From positions 77,401,413 to 77,436,904 of the forward strand of contig NC_068989.1 in assembly GCF_001194135.2 (NCBI RefSeq): 35,492 nt of DNA, written 5' to 3'. This DNA is from Octopus bimaculoides. Lineage: Eukaryota. The notes beneath the pieces were generated by a model, which had not been told where the DNA came from, did not search any database, and worked only from the letters and a program-made list of their open reading frames with translations. Below are positions 22,480-34,880 of this stretch, piece by piece (the first letter of the stretch is position 1; each line of letters opens with the position of its first letter). The position numbers were made by a program, and so were the translations under genes.

Positions 22480-22530
<51 letters not shown>
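22270..22530 (-). mobile_element. SINE family B tail running into (CA)n
   Basis: cttgttatagtcatttcattgcggccatgctagagcgcc..gccgaacc..catcggttgtaaagcgatgg. Confidence 0.85.
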
Positions 22531-22531
<1 letters not shown>

Positions 22532-22715
22532 NNNNNNNNNNNNNNNNNNNNNNNNNNNNNNNNNNNNNNNNNNNNNNNNNNNNNNNNNNNNNNNNNNNNN
22601 NNNNNNNNNNNNNNNNNNNNNNNNNNNNNNNNNNNNNNNNNNNNNNNNNNNNNNNNNNNNNNNNNNNNNNNNNNNNNNNNNNNNNNNNNNNNNNNNNNNN
22701 NNNNNNNNNNNNNNN

Positions 22716-22758
<43 letters not shown>

Positions 22759-22989
22759 GAGAGAGAAAGAAAGAGAGAGATGGAGGGAGAAGAAGATAGA
22801 GAGAGAAGCAGAAAGAGAAGGTGGGTGATTGCGACAGAGATTGTAACACAGACAATGCGAGAATTATCACTTTGTTACTGATTAATTTCACTACTTACAT
22901 ATAGAATATATCCCGTGAGTTTGCATTTTAGTAGGGAGCAGTTACGATTCCGATCTAATTCCACCAGGGGTACGATGTAGCTCCTCGAA

Positions 22990-23950
22990 GGCCGTATGAT
23001 GTAGCTCCACCAGGTGATTCATCATAAGTTCTGCGCAGTGTTTGAACCTCATAAAGTATATTAAACTACAAAATGATCTCCATTAGTATTATGTCCTGAA
23101 AACTGATAGCCCTATCGGTTTGATTAGGTCTGGATATTTTATTTCTCGATATCGTTTCCAGAAAATTTTAGACTAGGACTTGATGAGTCTCTTTAGACCC
23201 AGATTTTACTGTAATTCTATTAGTTCCATTTTCAAAGTACACGATTCTGTGAGTAGAGTTTCAAAAATTGTATGAAGATTATTGACCACATCAATCTCCG
23301 ATAGATTTACGTGTAAGGTGGGAAAAACTTTTAGTCTCTGGAAGTTTTCATAACTGTCTTGTAAATTGTTGATAAATCCCGATAATATTTGTATTATTCC
23401 AATTTGTTTTCTTCTAGCGCAGTAGCATGGGCTGTATCTAATGTTTTACAGTGATAGTAACATAAGATTATTTTGGCGATATTTCCTGAAAGCTAAAAAA
23501 ATATCTGAATAAGATCAGAAACAATATTATTCTTCCTTTGGAATGCCAAATCAAGAGATCGTGGATGATTCATTACGTGATTAAGGAATGTACAATCTTG
23601 CAACAATTCATCGATTCGCAGTTGAACATAATTTCTGTTCTTCCTGGAAAACTATGTAGGCTCCTGCAAAGCAGATCCACAAGCGTGTTAAAGACGTTGC
23701 TGAGAAGCAATCACCACCTCACAATGCAGTACAAACAAATTTCAGTGTGTTTATCATCAAGCTCCGGTTCTTCAATAAAATTTCTGGAATGACGCTGGTG
23801 TAGAGTTAAGACGGCAATTTCAGAGACAGATTTCATAACTACATTATTCAAGACACAGCTAGCTTCTAGCTGTTCACGACGTACAATGCAATGAAAGGGG
23901 AGAAAATTTCGAAACCTGGATTCACTTTTCTTATGTGCAAATAATCTTAT
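22990..23950 (-). mobile_element. Decayed hAT DNA transposase fossil, Buster/Charlie/SPIN (GTF2IRD2-like) type
   Basis: Manual minus-strand translation gives collinear motifs with stops and frameshifts: FHCIVRREQL (cf. HCIIHQE), CLYCIVRW* (cf. LYHTEVRWLS), LDLAFQRKNNIVSDL (cf. LNLKLQGKN), LKMELIELQ, KIFWK..EIKYPDL (cf. EFW..KYPNL). Confidence 0.85.
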
Positions 23951-24489
23951 AACGGCCGCATTTCAGTGAATAACAAAATGAAAGTACACTGATTCGGGGT
24001 TTGTACTTCTCTGTAATGAGATGCGAAACTGGTTTTAGTCACTGATTTATTTAAGACTGCAACTAATTCCGATTTGTTCTACTTAGCAAATATAACATAA
24101 CTAATATAATACCTGCGTTAAGTACGAGAAATATTCTCTAACATGACAAAGCTAGTTTCAGTTGTTATATAATATTTTAAGCACTCTGTGCAAATCGAAC
24201 CCGGCTAACTAAATTGTCTACTTAAGAGAGCAGAAATTCATATAAGTTTTTATTCACCACCTGTGTTATGTCCAGTCTTTAAATGCGGGGATGAACACAA
24301 AATGAATTCGGTCTATTAATCACAGAGTACTTTTATAAAGAGTCAGAATAAAATGAGGAGTGTGCTCTATTTTATGCTCTAGTGAATCTCCCATTTGCGT
24401 CCATATTGAAAGCAAGTGAAAGGAAACAATTATGATATTTTCCTCGGTAATGCTTGGTTGCTCGTGTTAATACCTTTAATTTATTAGAG

Positions 24490-24577
24490 CGGTGGATTTG
24501 TTGAGCAACGTCGAAAAAAAGCCATTTTCGTAGTATTTATTTCGGCTCTTTACGTTCTGAGTTCCAGGTCAGCTTAT
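24490..24577 (+). mobile_element. SINE family A head, truncated by a gap
   Basis: ..tagtatttatttcggctctttacgttctgagttc.. resembles the family A head. Confidence 0.55.
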
Positions 24578-25359
24578 NNNNNNNNNNNNNNNNNNNNNNN
24601 NNNNNNNNNNNNNNNNNNNNNNNNNNNNNNNNNNNNNNNNNNNNNNNNNNNNNNNNNNNNNNNNNNNNNNNNNNNNNNNNNNNNNNNNNNNNNNNNNNNN
24701 NNNNNNNNNNNNNNNNNNNNNNNNNNNNNNNNNNNNNNNNNNNNNNNNNNNNNNNNNNNNNNNNNNNNNNNNNNNNNNNNNNNNNNNNNNNNNNNNNNNN
24801 NNNNNNNNNNNNNNNNNNNNNNNNNNNNNNNNNNNNNNNNNNNNNNNNNNNNNNNNNNNNNNNNNNNNNNNNNNNNNNNNNNNNNNNNNNNNNNNNNNNN
24901 NNNNNNNNNNNNNNNNNNNNNNNNNNNNNNNNNNNNNNNNNNNNNNNNNNNNNNNNNNNNNNNNNNNNNNNNNNNNNNNNNNNNNNNNNNNNNNNNNNNN
25001 NNNNNNNNNNNNNNNNNNNNNNNNNNNNNNNNNNNNNNNNNNNNNNNNNNNNNNNNNNNNNNNNNNNNNNNNNNNNNNNNNNNNNNNNNNNNNNNNNNNN
25101 NNNNNNNNNNNNNNNNNNNNNNNNNTTATATATATATATATATAGATATATATACGTGTAGATAATCGTGTCTGTGCTGATATAGTAATTATACTATGAT
25201 CCTGAGTGGATGTTATAACGATCCAACCTTTTGAGGATAATAACACTAAACGACTGGTGGTCGCTAAAACGTCCAATCGACGACTTCGTGACATAAAGGT
25301 ATCTGCCAGAGCGACGACCGTCGTCAAAAGAAAGATTCCACAGTGGAAAAAGACCCCTT

Positions 25360-25445
25360 TACAATACTCTTCAAGTTGCCATGCAGTGGTACTGAACCCA
25401 AAACTACGGGGTAGCGTAATTGCAAGACGGACTTCTTAACAACAC
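25360..25445 (-). mobile_element. SINE family B head remnant
   Basis: ttgccatgcagtggtactgaacccaaaact..cttcttaacaacac matches the family B head in reverse. Confidence 0.6.
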
Positions 25446-26180
25446 ACCTATGCCTCTCTAGCTATGATGAACTTCTATGAAACATATCTTGTGACTTTTT
25501 TCTTGTTTGTTTTTTAAAGAAAAACAACAGAATAATTTAATAAAATCCGCTTCATATACTTATCACAGAGCTGTATGTGACAAAAAAACAACAACAACGA
25601 CAACAAAACACTATATACTAAAAGCAAGGAAGACATAAAATTGCTTCCACTGTACTGAAACTTTAATTAAGAGAAAATGTCTAAATGTAAACGAAAGAAA
25701 AGCAAATTTAGAAATGATTGATAGCTTCTTGGAAAAAACAATACCCTGTAGAACTGTGACAAAATTTTATCATTAAATACCAGCCGGTCAGTAACAATAT
25801 TTTGATACTGGATTAATATAATAAATAATTTAGTAATATTAAAATATGTTATTTGAAGTCTACTTAATTGAAATGGGAATTAGTTAGTTCTTTGCAATAT
25901 ATTTCAGACTTATTTTGCGGAATATATTGTATCATGGGACTTTTTTTTTTTTTTTGAGCAGCATACCATTTTCAATTATAACGTATAAAAAATGTCGATT
26001 CAGAATGATTATTACGTGTGTGTGTGTGTGTGTGTGAATGTGTGAATATACGTAAGAGTTTATGTATGCATGTTTGAACATATAAGTATGTGTTTATACA
26101 TGCATGTATGCATGCACACTCTGTTATATTTATTTGAGACAAAGAGCTGCAGCCATGTTAGAGCATGTATGTATATATGT

Positions 26181-26238
26181 ATGGATGGATGGATGGATGG
26201 ATGGATGGATGGATGGATGGATGGATGGATGGATGGAT
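26181..26238. repeat. (ATGG)n microsatellite
   Basis: Seen directly. Confidence 0.95.
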
Positions 26239-26915
26239 ATTTTGATCTTGTCACTTCAGTGGGGAAGCCTGAATTTTAGAAATACGAGAAATAGCAATAA
26301 AATTTGCATCAGCTATATGAAAAAAAACACACAACGTATTCTAGAACTCTATTATTTCAGGACCTGAAATTAAGATGGATGGTCATTATTGGAATGCCTT
26401 TTACCATAGATCCTATCAACCAAGATACGACTACTGCAAAAGAATAATAAATGCAATGACAACAGTTTTCTTACGACATTCCATATCGCGAAAAAATATT
26501 ACATTAGCAATGTATTTACTACAGACTACGCCAGATATACTGCACAAGTCCTAAAAATTTGTTCCCAAAACGCAAGATCAAATGAGACAGCAACAAGAAT
26601 GTAGTTGCGCAAATTTATAGTGGGATATGACGATGATGTCACAGAATTTTAGGAGCGATAACTTTATTCGTGTAGGCATATCGTTGTTAAGATTGTTATG
26701 CTATACATTAGGATATAACGATGGACATGTTTCCTACTGTTGCAGGTCGTCACTCTCCAAGCTAAGAGCATATCATGATTACGCTGAAAACTAGCAAAAA
26801 GTGGAGTAACTGAAGCGTGAAGGCCATGTTTGTTGTTTTAGATGAACGATGGCCATTTTGGACAATAGAAGTTCGCCATCCTATTTACTTTACTCTCATT
26901 ACACACACACACACA

Positions 26916-26956
<41 letters not shown>

Positions 26957-26974
26957 TCTCTGTGTATATATATC

Positions 26975-27200
26975 TCTTTTACTCTTTTACTTGTTTCAAT
27001 CGTTTGACTGCGGCCATGCTGGAGCACCGCCTCTGGTCGAGCAAATCGACCCCAGGACTTATTTTTTGGATGCCTAATACTTATTATATCGGTCTCTTTT
27101 GCCGAACCGCTAAGTTACGGGGACCTAAACACACCACCATCGGTTGTCAAGCGATGTTGGGGGGACAAACACAGACACAAACATATACACACATATACAT
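26975..27200 (-). mobile_element. SINE family B tail
   Basis: ttttacttgtttcaatcgtttgactgcggccatgctggagcaccgcc..gccgaaccgctaagttacggggac..cggttgtcaagcgatg. Confidence 0.9.
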
Positions 27201-27397
27201 ATACATATATATATATATATATATANNNNNNNNNNNNNNNNNNNNNNNNNNNNNNNNNNNNNNNNNNNNNNNNNNNNNNNNNNNNNNNNNNNNNNNNNNN
27301 NNNNNNNNNNNNNNNNNNNNNNNNNNNNNNNNNNNNNNNNNNNNNNNNNNNNNNNNNNNNNNNNNNNNNNNNNNNNNNNNNNNNNNNNNNNNNNNNN

Positions 27398-27436
<39 letters not shown>

Positions 27437-28344
27437 CTGCTATACTCAGAATGCCGCGTTTTAAACCCTGACATCACGCGTCTTTAATTTTTAATCTTTA
27501 AATTGCTTCAGCTTCAAAACTGCGGTCATACTGGGGCACCGTCTGTTAATAATATTTTAGTGGTAATTGGCAGATTAGTTTCTGTGTACACTTGATATCA
27601 TGTAAATACTGTTCCACTAGTCCTACATTATTTGTGAGGTTTATCTCAACAGATACGTTATAGAAATTATAGCCTGCACTGATTTTTGTTTCTACTATTT
27701 GTATACACGACGCCAGATATAAATATTGAGATCGAAGATGAAAAATGCATAATGGGCGTATATTCCATACTTGGGGGTTGTTGCCCCTACATCAGCACCC
27801 ATCTAGCCCATTAATCATCCTCGAACACATTGCTTAAATAGCCACTGTACATAGTGGTGTATACTTATTGGATATACCAATTTTACATGTTAAACGCCTT
27901 CCTGGAAGCTGGTCCGTAAATACTAATGTCATGTACATAAGTGGAATTTCGCTATGCTGCCATAATGTGCTATATGGCAACACGGAGTTCTACTGAGCTT
28001 TTGCAGTCGTGTGGTTGCTGGTTAAACTACCACATCTACTCTGTTTACTGTGTTACGATAGTGCGTGGACAGAAAATAAGATTAAAAGTACAGTATTGTA
28101 GAAAAGCCATGCTACTCTTGGAAAAGCCGTCAGTTAAAATATATGTAAAGAGCATATGGGTACCATAGGTTATCGGCCAACGGAAACTCGTTGCTCTACC
28201 TCTGCTGTACCTTTAGAATATGAGAATTGGTTGGGACAATGGAATTGTAATGAAGGAGACACCACACTAAGAAAACTACGATATTTATAGTCGTTGAAGC
28301 TGGTATTTTTTCATCATTCTGTTTTCTGTAGAACTCGTTATTTT

Positions 28345-28515
28345 CTTCTAATTATTTCAGTCATTATACTGCAGACATGCTGCAGCACCGCCTTAAACTT
28401 TTAGTCGACTGAAACGATCCCAGTGATCAATATTATTCTTTTTTTTTTTTGAAGCCTAGTACTTATTGTATCGGACCTTTTTGCCGAACTGCTAGGTAAC
28501 AGGGAGCACTAATCA
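28345..28515 (-). mobile_element. SINE family B tail, partial
   Basis: atttcagtcattatactgcagacatgctgcagcaccgcc..gaagcctagtacttatt..tttgccgaactgctagg. Confidence 0.8.
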
Positions 28516-29322
28516 AGAACATTTGAGCCATTTGTAGTATAAAGGTAATAGTAGACGAAATGACAGCAAGTAACACTCGCAGAAAATGCTCTAAGAATTT
28601 AGATATGATATATGTAGTACTTTATTTGGAGTAGAAATGTAGAGTTCTATAATGTGTTTTATTTGAACATGCCATACAGTTCAAGGTGTAAACATTTAGT
28701 ATGTATTCTCAGTGTGAAATGTAGAAAAAGAATAATATGATAAAAAAATTACATTTTACTATTCATATAACTTTATGAAGCAGCCAGCCTCCATGTTACG
28801 TAATTGTCAAAGAATGTATACAATTCTGAAATGCTGCTGTATATACTCTGAAAGGTTCTCTATATTTCCGAAAGAGTTGCAATGGGAGAAACATTTAACC
28901 ATTTATTTTAACAATATTTTATACAAAGCATCGTGTTTGTGACTCTGTTACATAAAAAGCTGTCTGCGACATAAGGGCGACAACACTGTAATTTTGGCAA
29001 CTAAAACCAGTAATATTTTTCCATGAAAATTTTAAGAATATAAATATATTCTGTTTTCAAAATTTGATATCTTGTATTTTTTTTTATAGATATTAAAATT
29101 TGAAGGTTGTTTGGTGTTACTGACTTGCCTGCTGAAATACGCTCTATTGGTAAAGTCTTGGGAGGCATTAATAAAGAGCACCACTTATTGACTTAAAACT
29201 GATTATAGAAATATTGTAGCAATGATATATGAAATTACTTTTTTGATCTTCATTATTTAATTGTTTATTAAGGAGGGTTGAATGATAGAAATGTTACAAC
29301 CTCAAGCAAAATCCTCTGGTTT

Positions 29323-29485
29323 AAATACTTAGCGGCATTTCGTCCGTCATCACGTTCCTAGTTCAAATTTCACCGCTGACTTCGCTTTTCATTTCGTGGT
29401 CATTAAAATAGGAACAATTTGAGCACTGGAATCAATGTAATCAACTAATGTCCCTCCGTTTCAGACCTCGTGCCTATGAAGAACT
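29323..29485 (+). mobile_element. SINE family A, diverged
   Basis: aaatacttagcggcatttcgtccgtcatcacgttcctagttcaaattt..atcaatgtaatcaact..cctcgtgccta. Confidence 0.8.
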
Positions 29486-29749
29486 CTGGTCGATGTCATA
29501 AACTACCACTTTCCCCCAAATTGTTTGTCTACGGTTCGGATATAATCTGAAAATAACGTTACGGTGCACAAAAAATATGTAGGAATGTTAATATTTGAAT
29601 TATATGAAGCTGCGTTGCTCTAATAAACACAAACAAAATCATGGACACGCATGGATAACATGAATAGAAACAAACAGCAATAGACAAAGACACAGAGTAG
29701 AGGTATGTCATATAATGCTAGACTTCTGTTAGTTTACATGATTATTGCT

Positions 29750-29912
29750 AATACAGACACATGGCCTGATATCTGGTGGGAGGTTTTCGTCGATTCAATC
29801 AACCACAGTTGGTACGTTATTTTATCTAACAGGGAAGAACGAAAGAGACATTTAACCTAGGCGAGATTTGAACTCGGAATATAAAGTTGCAGAATAGGGA
29901 CCAAGGCACTTT
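29750..29912 (-). mobile_element. SINE family A, diverged
   Basis: acacatggcctgat..gtcgattcaatcaacc..ggtacgttattttatc..ggcgagatttgaactcggaat. Confidence 0.7.
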
Positions 29913-30569
29913 CAAAGTGATCTTTTGATTCTATGATTGAAAATAAAATGATCACGTGGATCACAAATAACCAAATACACATGCACTCGATTTGACATTA
30001 AGATTTTCATTATGTAATCATGAAAGAAAATAACTTAACATTTCAAGTATTTCTCTCTACCTCTTTCTCTCAGTTTTTGACACACACTAGAACGCACGCG
30101 TATACACACATACATACATACACACATAGTTACAAACACGCGCACACACTCATAAACAAACACACATTCGCACACATACATATGAAAACAACTATCAGTC
30201 ACCCACTTTCTAATTCTCGTCCTCTTTCTCCCTCTCTGTCTCTGTCCTCATTGTATATATGTTCTGTATATACGTATATACGCATGTGTATAAGTGTGTT
30301 GTAAATATATGCATGCCTGTGAGTGCGTGCATGCGGGTATATACATATGCGTGTATGGACAAATGCAATCATGCATGCATATGTGTGTGTGTGTTTTGTG
30401 TGTGTTGTGTGAGCTGTGTGTTGTGTGTGTATGTGTGTTTTGTGTGTGTATGTGTGTGTTGAGTATGTTTTTTCGTGTGTGAGCGTGTGTATGTGTGTGT
30501 GTAAAAAGGTAAAATCTTTCACACGAGTAAATTTAAATAAAAAATCAAACACAAAAACTGCTTTGAGAA

Positions 30570-30720
30570 ATTTATCATGAATGGAAGACAGAAAATATTA
30601 GCATTTTTATCAAAATATGCGAGCGGTACGAACAGCATCATAGAAAGACTGTCGCCTTTGAATATATTTCTGCGACACAGAATTTTAATCAGTTATATGC
30701 ATGAGTGTATTTATTAAACA
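30570..30720 (-). mobile_element. Reverse-transcriptase remnant, R4/Dong-like; extent uncertain
   Basis: Minus strand 30689-30627 reads IKILCRRNIFKGDSLSMMLFV, resembling the RT motif I.I.RGIFQGDSLSPLLF. The flanks are degenerate. Confidence 0.5.
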
Positions 30721-31350
30721 GGAGTATACTTTTTATTCCAGGATATATAAGTAATCTTGTAATTATGAAAAGACATTAATCTATACCAGAATTCTCCAAA
30801 GACGGCAAAGTAACATTGCCTCAGCTTGTAGCTAATGTGATTCAGAAATCTTACAAGTGTATCTTAAAAATCGTTCATTCAAAGATCACGTTTATAAAAC
30901 GTTCATGACGTAGGGAAAATAACAACTAGGACAGTGATGGAGATGTTTCTACAGATTTCTAAGTACACCAAGTTAATTAGAATTGACACTGACAGACAGA
31001 CGTTGTGATATGGTTGCAGGAAAAAATATATATACACCGACTTTTACTGCAAGTGAAAACAAAATAAGACAAAGAAAACTGACTCAATTAAATAATATAT
31101 GACGTTAATTAGATTACAAGATAATGTCAATAATAAAATAAATGAAAAGAAGCAAATTTAAAATGTAAAAATCTTTGAAGAAGTGTATGAAATATTTGGC
31201 AGTGGTCCAGCAAGTATCTTGTGAGGCAGTTGGTGAAAAGATTTGGAAGAAAGATTTAAAGGACTCAATATAAATATACACCCACACATGCAGACGTACA
31301 CATACATACATACATACATACATACATACATACATGCATGCATGCATATG

Positions 31351-31431
<81 letters not shown>

Positions 31432-32974
31432 GGATATATACATAAATCAATAATCATATAAGGAACAAATATATAATATATATATATATATGTGTATGTA
31501 TGAATGTATATATATACATATACATATATACATTTGTATACATATGTATATATATATATAAATATATATATATATNNNNNNNNNNNNNNNNNNNNNNNNN
31601 NNNNNNNNNNNNNNNNNNNNNNNNNNNNNNNNNNNNNNNNNNNNNNNNNNNNNNNNNNNNNGGTTATATATACATAACGAGAGAAAGAAATGACACCAAA
31701 TAAATATTCATTTAAAATGTATAGTTCTGTATACAATATTCATATTAAATGCATATATAATTTAGTGCGTGCATATATATGCGCGCGTGTGGGTGTACAT
31801 GCATTATATATACATACATATATACATAGATTATTGTAACATGCTATAGATGTCTCTACTCATTCAAGGCCGTACAATTGTGTCAACTTTTCACTTTCAT
31901 TTCTCACCTCATCAGAGCAAACATTGTTTTGTAACCTGATTCTACTAGTTTGTTCTTTTTTCCCTAAGTAAGCCTACACCTGTATATTTACTATTGTGTT
32001 CGTCTATCTCCTTACAAACCGGTTGTTTAACGAGGCACACGCATGAACTTACATTATGCATCCATACTTGCTCACTTATCGCTTCTGCACACAACGACCT
32101 TTGAACACCCACCTGTATCATTCTGAATTCATTTAAGGTCAGCGTTTCATAGAAATTAATCTTCAATGAAATTAATATTCATGTACAGTAATTTGCATAA
32201 ACTCTTTAGATTAAATTCAAGATTTGCATATCGTTAGTACAGCACTTTTGAACACCACACGTGCTACTATTGTCCGCAGAAGAATGAAACTTGTATAGAT
32301 ATAATTGTGTGTATATGTATATATTTGCATATGAGTATGTATTCATATTAAATGAAAGCGGTTTTATTTCTCTCTAGCATTCTCCTTTCTTGCTATCTTT
32401 CTGTACATATTCCACACGCATCAACAAAATATACCCTTATTCACGCAAAGAAATGCACACGCACATACAGGTGTATCCGTGCGCATATAATTCTATATAC
32501 ATATATGTATTATATCCACACACACAAATATTCACTAATACACACACCAATTAAACGCATGTCTCTCAGTGTGTGTATCCAAAGGATTTTTATGTATAGT
32601 TTCATATGCTTCAGGCATCATCTTAAACATAATGATTTCACGTTCATCTCGATATTTCTAAATTTTTATAAAGTCAACACCGTGACTATATATATATATA
32701 TATATANNNNNNNNNNNNNNNNNNNNNNNNNNNNNNNNNNNNNNNNNNNNNNNNNNNNNNNNNNNNNNNNNNNNNNNNNNNNNNNNNNNNNNNNNNNNNN
32801 NNNNNNNNNNNNNNNNNNNNNNNNNNNNNNNNNNNNNNNNNNNNNNNNNNNNNNNNNNNNNNNNNNNNNNNNNNNNNNNNNNNNNNNNNNNNNNNNNNNN
32901 NNNNNNNNNNNNNNNNNNNNNNNNNNNNNNNNNNNNNNNNNNNNNNNNNNNNNNNNNNNNNNNNNNNNNNNNNN

Positions 32975-33036
<62 letters not shown>

Positions 33037-33087
33037 CGTGTGTATGTGTGTGTATATATACATGTATATAAGGTGTCTTTCTATATG

Positions 33088-33270
33088 TGTTTGTTCGACA
33101 CCACCTATTGAGAACGGTGTTGGTTTGTCTACGTTTCCATTAGTTTCGTTCGGTAAACAATATCGATAGAATAAGTGTCAGGCTTTATAAGAATAAGTAT
33201 TGGGGCGATTTGCCTGACTAGATTCTTACTGGGGAGCCCAAGAATGGTCGCAGTATAAGGATAGAAAAAA
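33088..33270 (+). mobile_element. SINE family B tail, diverged
   Basis: tgtttgttcgacaccacc..ggtgttggtttgtctacgtttcc..cgatagaataagt..aagaataagtattggggcgattt..atggtcgcag. Confidence 0.75.
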
Positions 33271-33569
33271 ACAAAACAAAAGATGTAATATATATGTGTA
33301 TACAGAGGCACGCACATGCAAACACACACACAGACACATACATACAAACAGACGCTAATATAGATGGGTGTATATATATATATGTACACCAAATACTGAT
33401 ATTTTGAAATCATATAATACGTACGTCCTAAGTTTGGATAGTATATAACAGGAAATGTTTCTATTACGCAAAACTTCATCGTTTCAAAAGTATTTGTGAA
33501 ATATAATTCACTCGAGCCGAAAATTCTGTAACCGTACACCGTTTAGAAGCGTCTAACGAAATATATACA

Positions 33570-33625
33570 TATGTGTGTGTGTGTGTAAGTTTTTTTTGTG
33601 TGTGTGTGTGCGTATGTGTGTGTGT

Positions 33626-33675
<50 letters not shown>
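33570..33675. repeat. (TG)n-rich microsatellite
   Basis: Seen directly. Many further (AT)n/(AC)n/(AG)n tracts across the window are not listed individually. Confidence 0.95.
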
Positions 33676-33680
<5 letters not shown>

Positions 33681-34207
33681 TAATATAGCTATATTCAATT
33701 ATTCTACAGACAATGAAATATGTAACATAATATATGGCAATATTTAGGTACATACCGTTCATTATATTTGTTCGTTTCTGTCAAAGTTCCTTTCTGTGTG
33801 TGCGTGTGTTTTTTTTTCTCTCTCTCTTTACTCTCTTGCTTTCTGTCTTTCTCACAATAGGTATTTTGCAAATGATTTGACTAGTTTTGTAGACTATTTG
33901 TCAATATAATAGTTCAAATATAGATATAGAGAAATAAGCAACTTAAATAGTATTTGTCATTGAAACGTAGTTTTTATGAGAATGAACATATATACATATA
34001 TTTATAAGCCGAGAGCGGAACATATATTTTGTGAATAATATTAACATGCAAGTTTAAAGCGATTAAATACATCAACGATCTAAATATTATGCGCGAAAGG
34101 AAACCAAGCAAACCGACACAATGAGGCTTATATCTGAATGATTATATGCATGTGTGTGTATAATTACACATACACATATACGTACATACAAACATACATA
34201 AATATAC

Positions 34208-34248
<41 letters not shown>

Positions 34249-34717
34249 NNNNNNNNNNNNNNNNNNNNNNNNNNNNNNNNNNNNNNNNNNNNNNNNNNNN
34301 NNNNNNNNNNNNNNNNNNNNNNNNNNNNNNNNNNNNNNNNNNNNNNNNNNNNNNNNNNNNNNNNNNNNNNNNNNNNNNNNNNNNNNNNNNNNNNNNNNNN
34401 NNNNNNNNNNNNNNNNNNNNNNNNNNNNNNNNNNNNNNNNNNNNNNNNNNNNNNNNNNNNNNNNNNNNNNNNNNNNNNNNNNNNNNNNNNNNNNNNNNNN
34501 NNNNNNNNNNNNNNNNNNNNNNNNNNNNNNNNNNNNNNNNNNNNNNNNNNNNNNNNNNNNNNNNNNNNNNNNNNNNNNNNNNNNNNNNNNNNNNNNNNNN
34601 NNNNNNNNNNNNNNNNNNNNNNNNNNNNNNNNNNNNNNNNNNNNNNNNNNNNNNNNNNNNNNNNNNNNNNNTACCCCATCATTTCGTTTTTGTCTTGCTG
34701 TTACATGTTTTATTATG

Positions 34718-34790
34718 AACTCCCTGAAGAGAAATATATGAGGAACCCCATCAGTGCTTTCTTCTTTATTTCGAAACATGTGTAGGAATT
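34718..34790 (+). ncRNA. Type I hammerhead ribozyme, Penelope-element style
   Basis: Stem I AACUCC (34718-23)/GGAAUU (34785-90), 5 of 6 pairs. Core CUGAAGA (34724-30). Stem II GAAAUA (34731-36)/UAUUUC (34767-72), 6 of 6 pairs, 30-nt loop. GAAA (34773-76). Stem III ACA/UGU with a 2-nt loop, containing the palindrome ACAUGU. Cleavage triplet GUA (34782-84). Confidence 0.8.
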
Positions 34791-34836
34791 AAAGGAACTT
34801 TTATTGACATGCGTTTAGCTCCATTTCTTATTATCC

Positions 34837-34880
<44 letters not shown>

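Larger units (their letters stand above)
2753..34671. other. 14 assembly gaps: 2753-3212, 4179-4311, 5261-5270, 6950-6998, 8269-8948, 9984-10243, 15986-16136, 19573-19610, 22533-22715, 24578-25126, 27226-27397, 31576-31661, 32707-32973, 34249-34671
   Basis: N runs. Most are bounded by dinucleotide microsatellites, typical of short-read scaffolds. Confidence 0.98.

Noticed and set aside
26360-26900. Several 55-65 aa open frames
   Set aside because: The frames overlap without a consistent protein. A YDDD-like string suggests decayed RT, but it is too weak to call.
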